Sequence record: SRR20825019_1681
Strand: one strand, 5' to 3'
DNA length: 20,000 nucleotides
Positions 7,964-15,112 of the stretch are shown here, in pieces (within the stretch, counting starts at the first letter, position 1; each line of letters starts with the position of its first letter). The notes under the pieces were generated by a model. It made no database searches, had not been told where the DNA came from, and saw only the letters and a list, made by a program, of their open reading frames with translations. A program made the position numbers and the translations under genes.

Positions 7964-9892
7964 TTACGCTTGAGGTTCTACCCAATCACCATTTTCTCGA
8001 ATGAGTTCGATGAGCGCATCAACCGCTTCTGATTCGTCTACATTTTTTCGAACGACTTCTTTTTCTTTGTACAAATGAATTTTACCTGGTCGAGTTCCAA
8101 CATAGCCATAATCGGCATCTGCCATTTCGCCAGGACCATTTACGATGCAACCCATGATTCCAATTTTCAAACCTTTTAAGTGAGAAGTCTTTTCTCGGAT
8201 TTTAGCTGTGGTTTCCTGAAGGTCGAATAACGTTCTTCCGCAAGAAGGGCACGAAATGTATTCTGTTTTAGAAATCCGAGTGCGTGTTGCTTGTAAAATT
8301 CCGAAGGAGGTGGAGTTAATGAGTTGTGTTGAAGTATGTCCTTTTAGCCAAACACCATCACCGAATCCATCGATAAACGATGAACCAAGATCCGAGGAAG
8401 TCCAAAGCTGGAAGCGCTCTGAGTCGCTGTGAGTAATTTCGGAGCAAAGTACAATAGGGTTTTGTATGCTTAAATTCGCTAAATTCAATTGAATATTACG
8501 AAACAACTGTGTTCTATTGGTGTATTTTGTCTCTAGTATAATAATCGCTTTTGGAAACTGCTTAATATATGATACGTCGAAATCCTCAGCTTGGTGAACA
8601 ATAAAAACGGGTTGATTTGGATCATTGATCAAGGTCAACTCGGTTTTTTGAACTAACGGAAAGTACCCCGATTTACCGATGTAGTTTTCTTTCCAGTTGC
8701 TGTAATTACAAGCAACCATAATTGTTCCAGGAACCTCAAAACTCAACGATTGATCGCCAATGTAGAGCACATCTGCAGCAGCATCCGTAATATTCCATTT
8801 GTCTAAGGGAACACTATATTGGTAACCAAACCCGAAGAAATGGGAAGGTTTTATAGTGCTTACATGACTTAGATCTGCAAAAACGATAGGTACTTGATGT
8901 CCACCAACCTTTGAGATTGCTGTACTTTCCCGACGATCGTGCGAAAATGGATTGTAGCTAAGTTTTGCAGTGGGTTCTAAGGGCAAAACATTCGAAAATA
9001 GCGTGTATTTTTCAAGAAGTTTCTGAGCAACGGGCATTTCTGCCTCAGGATCTTCAGTAAGGGAAACTCTGATTGTATCACCAATGCCGTCTTCAAGCAA
9101 TGCACCAATTCCAATGGCAGATTTTATTCGGCCATCCTCACCATCTCCGGCTTCTGTTACGCCTAAGTGAAGTGGATAGTTCATCCCGTTTTCCTTCATG
9201 GTTGCAACGAGCAAACGGTACGCCTGAACCATTACAAGAGTATTGCTTGCCTTCATTGAGAGCACAATCGCATGATAATCGTGCTTTACGCAAATCCGAA
9301 GAAATTCCATGGCAGATTCTACCATTCCCTCTGGAGTGTCACCATATCTACTCAAAATTCTATCAGAAAGTGACCCATGATTGGTGCCAATACGCATTGC
9401 TGTCCCATTTTCTTTACAAAGCAATACAAGGGGAGTGAATTTTTCTTCTATTCTTGAAAGCTCTTCCTGATAACTCTCATCCGTGTAAAGAATTTCTTCA
9501 AACTTCTTTTTGTCCGCATAATTTCCTGGATTCACGCGTACTTTTTCAACCAATTTTGCGGCAATTTCTGCAGCGTTGGGTGTAAAGTGAATGTCTGCGA
9601 CGATGGGTGTTGAATACCCTTTTTCGTTCAATATCGCACGAATTTCACCCAGATTCTCCGCTTCTTTCTTGCTTGGAGCAGTTAATCGAACCAGCTCACA
9701 TCCAGCTTCAATCATACGAATTGATTGATTCACAGAACCCGCAGTGTCCATTGTGTCTGTAGTAGTCATAGACTGAACACGAATGGGGTTATTTCCACCG
9801 AAATCAACGTTTCCTACTGGTACAACGCGGGTTTCAAAGCGTTTTCGGTTTAGAAAATCTTCGCAATATTGCTCTGGAGAATTCATAGACAT
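7964..9892 (-). CDS. ispG: (E)-4-hydroxy-3-methylbut-2-enyl-diphosphate synthase IspG, long three-domain form
   Basis: PIRVQSMTTTDT, VADIHF, RVNPGN, RIGTNHGSLS, PLHLGVTEAG, GDTIRVSLT; C-terminal 4Fe-4S ligands CPSCGR and MGCIVNGPGE; central insert of roughly 230 aa. Confidence 0.98.
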   Translation of the reverse strand: MSMNSPEQYCEDFLNRKRFETRVVPVGNVDFGGNNPIRVQSMTTTDTMDTAGSVNQSIRMIEAGCELVRLTAPSKKEAENLGEIRAILNEKGYSTPIVADIHFTPNAAEIAAKLVEKVRVNPGNYADKKKFEEILYTDESYQEELSRIEEKFTPLVLLCKENGTAMRIGTNHGSLSDRILSRYGDTPEGMVESAMEFLRICVKHDYHAIVLSMKASNTLVMVQAYRLLVATMKENGMNYPLHLGVTEAGDGEDGRIKSAIGIGALLEDGIGDTIRVSLTEDPEAEMPVAQKLLEKYTLFSNVLPLEPTAKLSYNPFSHDRRESTAISKVGGHQVPIVFADLSHVSTIKPSHFFGFGYQYSVPLDKWNITDAAADVLYIGDQSLSFEVPGTIMVACNYSNWKENYIGKSGYFPLVQKTELTLINDPNQPVFIVHQAEDFDVSYIKQFPKAIIILETKYTNRTQLFRNIQLNLANLSIQNPIVLCSEITHSDSERFQLWTSSDLGSSFIDGFGDGVWLKGHTSTQLINSTSFGILQATRTRISKTEYISCPSCGRTLFDLQETTAKIREKTSHLKGLKIGIMGCIVNGPGEMADADYGYVGTRPGKIHLYKEKEVVRKNVDESEAVDALIELIRENGDWVEPQA

Positions 9893-9921
9893 GTGCGTGA
9901 GAAAATGAGTTTATTAGTGAA

Positions 9922-9929
9922 CAAAAATA
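9922..9929 (-). promoter_or_regulatory. Putative -7 element for ispG
   Basis: Minus strand TATTTTTG = TAnnTTTG, about 30 nt upstream of the start. Confidence 0.55.
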
Positions 9930-10017
9930 AGCATTTACCACGCGTGCTTGTATTCCTTTCAACGACGCGATATTCAAAACAAGAGTTAAAAAAACCAAAT
10001 GTAGTGTCGGAATGCAC

Positions 10018-10025
10018 TATCTTTG
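10018..10025 (+). promoter_or_regulatory. Putative -7 element for the desaturase operon
   Basis: TATCTTTG = TAnnTTTG, 22 nt upstream of ATG 10048. Confidence 0.65.
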
Positions 10026-10047
10026 TAAAGATTTTTTAATTAAACAT

Positions 10048-11154
10048 ATGCAATTTAAACAAGTAAAATTCACTCAAACGCACAATGAAGACTTCTATAA
10101 AGTACTTCGCAAGCGCGTGAGTCAATATTTCAAAGACAACAATGTTTCACGTTATGCTAATGCGAATATGGTATTTAAAACCATTTTCATGATTAGCTTG
10201 TACCTTGTTCCATTCATTTTAATGCTTACGTTTTTCGAATCTACATGGACGATTATGTTGATGTGGGTATTAATGGGGTTAGGAATGTCCGGAATTGGAC
10301 TCTCGGTGATGCACGACGCGAATCATAGCGCGTATTCTAAAAACAAGTACGTAAATAAAACACTCGGAAGACTTATCAATATGGTCGGAGGAAGTGATAT
10401 CAACTGGAGAATCCAACACAATGTTCTTCACCATACTTATACAAACGTTGCGGGAATGGATGAGGACATCGAAATTGGTGCCTTAATGAGATTTTCTCCA
10501 AACCAACGACTGTTGAAAGGACACAGATTCCAACACATTTACGCTTGGTTTTTCTATTCAATGATGACACTTATGTGGTCTACAACGAAGGATTACAAGC
10601 AATATAGCCGTTACAAAAAAAGAGGTTTGTTGGAAACTCAAGGTTTAACAGCTGGACGTGTTTTAACTTCAATTATTGTAAGTAAAGTGCTTTATTTGGG
10701 AGCAATTATTGGTCTTCCTATTATCTTCACTCCGGTAGCTTGGTGGGTTACAGTTCTTGGTTTTATACTAATGAACATGATTGCAGGATTAATTCTTGCG
10801 ATGATTTTCCAACCAGCGCACGTGGTTCCTTCTTCTGATTTCCCAGTTCCTGATGAATCTGGAAACATTGAAGCGGATTGGGCAGTAAGCCAGTTGATGA
10901 ATACAGCGAATTTTGCACCAAAAGCACGTTTGTTCTCTTGGTACGTAGGTGGACTGAACTATCAAGTAGAGCACCACTTGTTCCCGAACATCTGTCACGT
11001 GCACTACAGAAAGATCGCATCAATCGTGAAGGATACAGCAATTGAATATAATTTGCCTTATTATTCTTATAAAACGTTCTACCAAGCTTTGGCAGGACAC
11101 GCGAGAATGCTAAGAAATTTAGGACGTTACGAAGATGCTCCAGCGATTCACTAA
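10048..11154 (+). CDS. Membrane fatty acid (acyl-CoA/acyl-lipid) desaturase, front-end type
   Basis: His boxes HDANH, HNVLHH, QVEHH; several TM segments. Start moved from 10012 to 10048 because a promoter motif lies within the extension and an A-rich leader (TTAAACAT) precedes 10048. Confidence 0.92.
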   Translation: MQFKQVKFTQTHNEDFYKVLRKRVSQYFKDNNVSRYANANMVFKTIFMISLYLVPFILMLTFFESTWTIMLMWVLMGLGMSGIGLSVMHDANHSAYSKNKYVNKTLGRLINMVGGSDINWRIQHNVLHHTYTNVAGMDEDIEIGALMRFSPNQRLLKGHRFQHIYAWFFYSMMTLMWSTTKDYKQYSRYKKRGLLETQGLTAGRVLTSIIVSKVLYLGAIIGLPIIFTPVAWWVTVLGFILMNMIAGLILAMIFQPAHVVPSSDFPVPDESGNIEADWAVSQLMNTANFAPKARLFSWYVGGLNYQVEHHLFPNICHVHYRKIASIVKDTAIEYNLPYYSYKTFYQALAGHARMLRNLGRYEDAPAIH

Positions 11155-11508
11155 ATGAATATTGAGAGTTACAGAGAATATTGTTTAAGTAAAAGGGGAG
11201 TCACAGAAGACTTCCCTTTTGACAATCTAACCCTTGTATTTAAGGTTGGAGGAAAGCTCTTTGCTCTTACTAACGTTGAACAATTCAAGTCCATTAACCT
11301 AAAGTGCGATCCAGAACGAGCAATTGAGTTACGTGAAACATTCAACGCGGTTCAACCAGGATATCACATGAGTAAAAAGCATTGGAATACAGTAGTTGTT
11401 GAGGGCGATGTTCCCGAAAAGCTACTGTTAGAGTTAATCGACCACTCATACGACCTTGTATATAATTCCTTGACCAAAAAACTCCGAGATGAGCTGCAGG
11501 CTGGATAA
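11155..11508 (+). CDS. MmcQ/YjbR family DNA-binding protein
   Basis: YCLSK.GVTEDFPF, VFKVGGKLFAL, NLKCDPERAIELRE, PGYHMSKKHWNTV, LIDHSYDLV; start abuts the desaturase stop (TAAATG). Confidence 0.93.
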   Translation: MNIESYREYCLSKRGVTEDFPFDNLTLVFKVGGKLFALTNVEQFKSINLKCDPERAIELRETFNAVQPGYHMSKKHWNTVVVEGDVPEKLLLELIDHSYDLVYNSLTKKLRDELQAG

Positions 11509-11878
11509 ATTTGCTTGGAGTGTGAGACTTGCCAAAACAAGATCTCAATCGGCCGTGGCAGTTACAAAGGGTAAAATCAAACTCAATAACAGCTCAGTTA
11601 AACCTTCCAAAGAGGTGAAGGTAGGCGATGTCGTTCAAATTATTAAGCATACCTCTACCTTTTCCTATAAAGTCATACAGCTACTCGATAAACGAATCGG
11701 AGCAAAGCTCGTGAATGAGTACATCATAGATATGACGCCTCTCGAAGAAGTAGAAAAGTTAAGATTGTATTCGCTTGCCCAAAGCGGTTATAGACAATAC
11801 GGAACAGGAAAACCATCAAAGAAAGATCGTCGTGAACTAGATGATTTCCTTGATGTGTGGGTCGAAGACGAGTCTTAA
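11489..11878 (+). CDS. hslR: RNA-binding S4 domain protein, ribosome-associated heat shock protein Hsp15 family
   Basis: RLDKFAWSVRLAKTRSQS, KPSKEVKVGD, C-terminal GKPSKKDRREL; overlaps the upstream gene by 20 nt. Confidence 0.88.
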   Translation: MSCRLDKFAWSVRLAKTRSQSAVAVTKGKIKLNNSSVKPSKEVKVGDVVQIIKHTSTFSYKVIQLLDKRIGAKLVNEYIIDMTPLEEVEKLRLYSLAQSGYRQYGTGKPSKKDRRELDDFLDVWVEDES

Positions 11879-11909
11879 CGAAGAAAAAACAAAATTTTTT
11901 TAGTCGCCC

Positions 11910-11938
11910 TGTAACTTTTTTTAATGTCCACAGTCTTA
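11910..11938 (+). promoter_or_regulatory. Putative ECF-sigma promoter for the beta-barrel gene
   Basis: TGTAAC-N16-AGTCTTA, ending 22 nt upstream of ATG 11961. Confidence 0.5.
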
Positions 11939-11960
11939 CAACCAAACAAACAAAGACGAC

Positions 11961-12794
11961 ATGAAAAAGATTTACATAACATTCGCTGCCTTAATGGGAT
12001 TAATGCCAGCAATCGCTCAAGTAGGAGAGGTAGATAAAGACACAACACGGGTTAACCTTGGAAAAACGACGATTCTGATCATTGAAAATGAAACAGAAGA
12101 AGGTTTAGAAGAAATTGAAACGGTAGAAGGCTTCGAAGAAGAAGAGGATAAAGATGAGAAGCGCGATAAGAAAAGCGAAGCACACTGGGCAGGATTGGAT
12201 TTTGGATTCAACCTATTAACAGGGGCAGGCTTCGATAATAGCTTTAAGAGCACGCCTTATTGGAAGAATGATCCAGCAAAATCTCAAGTGTGGAATTTGA
12301 ACATTCTAGAGCACAAGTTTAACTTCGGTACGCCGTATGTTGGTTTAACAACGGGATTAGGCTTTAGCTTTACTTCTGTGGCGTTCAATGACAATTACCT
12401 GATTAACGCTACATCTGATTCCGTTTTCGCTGTTAAAGACACTGTAAACACGTATTCTAAGAATAAATTAAAAGCCAGCTATCTTACGGTTCCATTATTA
12501 CTCGAATTTAACACGAACGCAGATGAAGATAAAAGCTTCTATTTGGCAGCAGGTGTTGTAGGAGGGGTTAGAATTGGTTCCAAAATAAAGAGAGAAGGAG
12601 AATTTGATGGAAAGAGATTTGAGCAAAAGGAAAAAGGAACGTACGGTATAAATCCTTTTAAACTGGATGCTACAGTAAGATTGGGATATAATTCTTGGGG
12701 AGTATTTGCGAGTTATAGTATGCTTCCTCTTTTTGAATCAGGGAAGACAGTAGAAGTTTACCCGCTTAATTTTGGTTTATCGCTAAATTTCTAA
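11961..12794 (+). CDS. Outer membrane beta-barrel protein (Bacteroidota porin/PorT-like family)
   Basis: Sec signal peptide MKKIYITFAALMGLMPAIA|Q, acidic linker, amphipathic strands (SYLTVPLLLEF, FYLAAGVVGGVRI), C-terminal aromatic residue (GLSLNF). Confidence 0.8.
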   Translation: MKKIYITFAALMGLMPAIAQVGEVDKDTTRVNLGKTTILIIENETEEGLEEIETVEGFEEEEDKDEKRDKKSEAHWAGLDFGFNLLTGAGFDNSFKSTPYWKNDPAKSQVWNLNILEHKFNFGTPYVGLTTGLGFSFTSVAFNDNYLINATSDSVFAVKDTVNTYSKNKLKASYLTVPLLLEFNTNADEDKSFYLAAGVVGGVRIGSKIKREGEFDGKRFEQKEKGTYGINPFKLDATVRLGYNSWGVFASYSMLPLFESGKTVEVYPLNFGLSLNF

Positions 12795-12811
12795 AGAGAG
12801 CAGGGATTTTG

Positions 12812-12840
12812 AAAGGCTTGGGGAAACTCAAGCCTTTTTT
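12812..12840 (+). terminator. Intrinsic terminator after the beta-barrel gene
   Basis: AAAGGCTTGGG-GAAA-CTCAAGCCTTTTTT. Confidence 0.88.
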
Positions 12841-13104
12841 GTGCTTTTAGTTTTGCTCAAAAAATGATGGAGTAAGTTTCCGAAAGTCGATCAAAAAGTA
12901 AAGTAGACTTTCCAGAGTTGTAGTAATGTGTTCATCTAGGGCTAAAAGAGCGATGCTAAGGTGTTTTTGTCTAAATAGAATGGATATGGTTGGGTTCTTG
13001 TTTTTAACCCTGTAAAACATGCTTATTTCATTTCAAGCAAAACATAGTAAGAGTTCGCAGGACAATAGCTCCTCGGAATACCCTGAGGATGTCATTTTTT
13101 TGGC

Positions 13105-13136
13105 AAAAAGAAAGGGGACTAGTTTCCCAGTCCCCT
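13105..13136 (-). terminator. Intrinsic terminator after the PA-domain gene
   Basis: Minus strand AGGGGACTGG-GAAA-CTAGTCCCCTTTCTTTTT. Confidence 0.88.
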
Positions 13137-13159
13137 ATTCTTATGAAGATCAAATTGGA

Positions 13160-14938
13160 TTATCTCTTAACTACTGTAAATTGAGTAGTTTGTCCATTTT
13201 CCAAAGTAATGTTGAAGATATACATTCCTGTTTCGAAAGATGAAGTGCTAAAGTTTGTTGCTCCTGACGCAAAAGAAAGCGCAGTATTAGCAACAATTTT
13301 ACCAGTCAAATCAGTAACAACCAATGTACCATTCTCATTTGAAGAAAGTTTGATTTTAACGTCTCCAGTTGTTGGGTTTGGATAAACCACAGCATCAAGT
13401 GCTCCAGCTTCGTTAATACCAACTTCAGAAGCAGGGATAATTGCCATTTGAACAGCCGAAGCATTCGTTCCAGACCATCCAGTATACCATCTTGATGGAG
13501 TTGCAGCAGCATTATCTACCGTGAAAATTGCACCAACTGGTTGCAAATTAACGTTTTGAATTCCATCGTAATCGATAGCGTCATCGTATCCGAATGCTAC
13601 TGTAGGAGTAAACGTTTGAACACAGAACAAATATCTTTGGTTATCTACCAACTGGAAAGAAGGAATTGGAACGAAAACAGAAGCTCCTTGCTCACTTGCA
13701 CTTGTTACAGTGTAAGGAATTGTAATTGTCGTTGACAAATCTTGGAAAGCTCCGTTAGCAGTTGTCCAAGCAGCATCATTCAAATCAACCCATGGATCAT
13801 TCCACTCAATTACGTTTACAAGAATTTCTTCTAAAACCAAAGCTTCAGCTGAATCAGTACTGAAAGGAATAAAGTAAACTCCTTCAACACCAAGTTGGCT
13901 AGCATTTGGCTCTTGGAACAGAATACATGATTGGTATTCAGCATCTGTATTACTTGGGAAAGCTAAATCAGCTGGAATATTTCCTGCCGCCCAGTTTCCT
14001 CTTGAAATACCATCGTCAGATACAGAGAAACTTGAAGTATACGTGTTGTCCACAGGATCATCATCAGCAGTTCCTAAATCAATAGTATACGTCAATGTGT
14101 ACTCTCCAACAGGGTAGTTACCTACACCACCCAAATTGAATGATGGAAAAGAAACAGTGTTACCAACGTAAGCCGAGATAGTATCTTGCGCCATTGCTAA
14201 CATACCGAATGGTCCGATAGTTTCATCGTAAACGTTTCCACTTGGTCCATCAATTGATGCGTTAACAGTAACGTTCGCTTGATCATTTGAACCGTAGTTA
14301 ACGAACTGCATTCCAAGGTCAAAACCATCAAACAATGCTGAACTAGCTGTTCCGTAAGGAGAGATTAACGTGAACTGTGGTTGGTTACCAACGTCATTCG
14401 CGTTTAATCCAATTTTGTTTCCAAGGAACATTACTACAGGACCGTTTAACATTTCTGTAGTAATTGCAAGTCCATCTGAACTTGAAAGCATTACAACTGG
14501 AATGATTACAGAACCTCCGTCTGCTCCACCACCCATTGGGATAGCTTCGTCGTCACGGTTGATAATAATTACACCCACAGCTCCTGCGTTTTGCGCGTTT
14601 AAAGCCTTTGCTCCGAACTCACAAGTGTTTCTGTAGATAACGGCAATTTTACCACTAACGTCTACACCGTTGATAAGTGGGAAACACCCTTCTGCTGAAA
14701 TAGGATTTCCTTGAGAGCTTGTTCCTGGAGTTCCATCATCAACGATGGCAAGAGTGTCTTGAACGAAAGTTCCTGGAATCAAGAAATCAGGCGTCGCCCA
14801 ATCTCCTCCAGCAGGATCTGCCCATTCGAATACGTAATCACCTGCAATTGATCCTGGGGAAACACCGCGACAACTTACTTGTGCATGTGTTCCAAATCCC
14901 GCTGCAATTAAGGCGAATGAAAGTAGTACTTTTTTCAT
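13160..14938 (-). CDS. T9SS type A sorting domain protein with a PA (protease-associated) domain
   Basis: Signal peptide ending THA|Q; PA motif GKIAVIYRNTCEFGAKALNAQNAGAVGVIIIN...IPVVMLS; Ig/CARDB-like segment (NYGSNDQANVTV...DDDPVDNT); CTD VYPNPTTG...GMYIFNI...FTVVKR. Confidence 0.9.
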   Translation of the reverse strand: MKKVLLSFALIAAGFGTHAQVSCRGVSPGSIAGDYVFEWADPAGGDWATPDFLIPGTFVQDTLAIVDDGTPGTSSQGNPISAEGCFPLINGVDVSGKIAVIYRNTCEFGAKALNAQNAGAVGVIIINRDDEAIPMGGGADGGSVIIPVVMLSSSDGLAITTEMLNGPVVMFLGNKIGLNANDVGNQPQFTLISPYGTASSALFDGFDLGMQFVNYGSNDQANVTVNASIDGPSGNVYDETIGPFGMLAMAQDTISAYVGNTVSFPSFNLGGVGNYPVGEYTLTYTIDLGTADDDPVDNTYTSSFSVSDDGISRGNWAAGNIPADLAFPSNTDAEYQSCILFQEPNASQLGVEGVYFIPFSTDSAEALVLEEILVNVIEWNDPWVDLNDAAWTTANGAFQDLSTTITIPYTVTSASEQGASVFVPIPSFQLVDNQRYLFCVQTFTPTVAFGYDDAIDYDGIQNVNLQPVGAIFTVDNAAATPSRWYTGWSGTNASAVQMAIIPASEVGINEAGALDAVVYPNPTTGDVKIKLSSNENGTLVVTDLTGKIVANTALSFASGATNFSTSSFETGMYIFNITLENGQTTQFTVVKR

Positions 14939-14960
14939 AAGATTTGTTTTTTTTGAAAAG

Positions 14961-14968
14961 CTAAGATA
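14961..14968 (-). promoter_or_regulatory. Possible -7 element for the PA-domain gene
   Basis: Minus strand TATCTTAG (one mismatch to TAnnTTTG), 22 nt upstream of the ATG. Confidence 0.45.
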
Positions 14969-15011
14969 AAACTTTTGCTCTGATTGTGAAAACTTAATGT
15001 TATTACTGTAC

Positions 15012-15040
15012 TAAGACGAATGAAAAAGGGATTTCGTTGG
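15012..15040 (-). promoter_or_regulatory. Putative ECF-sigma promoter facing the PA-domain gene
   Basis: Minus strand CCAAC-N17-CGTCTTA. Confidence 0.45.
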
Positions 15041-15050
15041 AAATCCCTTT
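15023..15050 (-). terminator. Terminator-like inverted repeat (second hairpin downstream of the PKD gene)
   Basis: Perfect 11-bp arms AAAGGGATTTC / GAAATCCCTTT with a 4-nt loop; T-run on the minus strand. Confidence 0.6.
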
Positions 15051-15059
15051 GTTTTACTT

Positions 15060-15087
15060 AAAAAACGGTCGTCATCAATGACGACCG
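15060..15087 (-). terminator. Intrinsic terminator after the PKD gene
   Basis: 10-bp arms CGGTCGTCAT / ATGACGACCG followed by T6 on the minus strand. Confidence 0.85.
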
Positions 15088-15112
15088 CTTGATATGCTTA
15101 GTACAATTGTTT

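Noticed and set aside
10012..10047. N-terminal extension MHYLCKDFLIKH of the desaturase ORF
   Set aside because: Contains the TATCTTTG promoter motif; ATG 10048 is the more plausible start.
10143..10158. parS-like TGTTTCACGTTATGCT in the desaturase gene
   Set aside because: Only one half-site matches; not palindromic.
13019..13243. 74-aa + strand ORF
   Set aside because: Crosses a terminator and overlaps the 3' end of the PA-domain gene in antisense; no recognisable motif.
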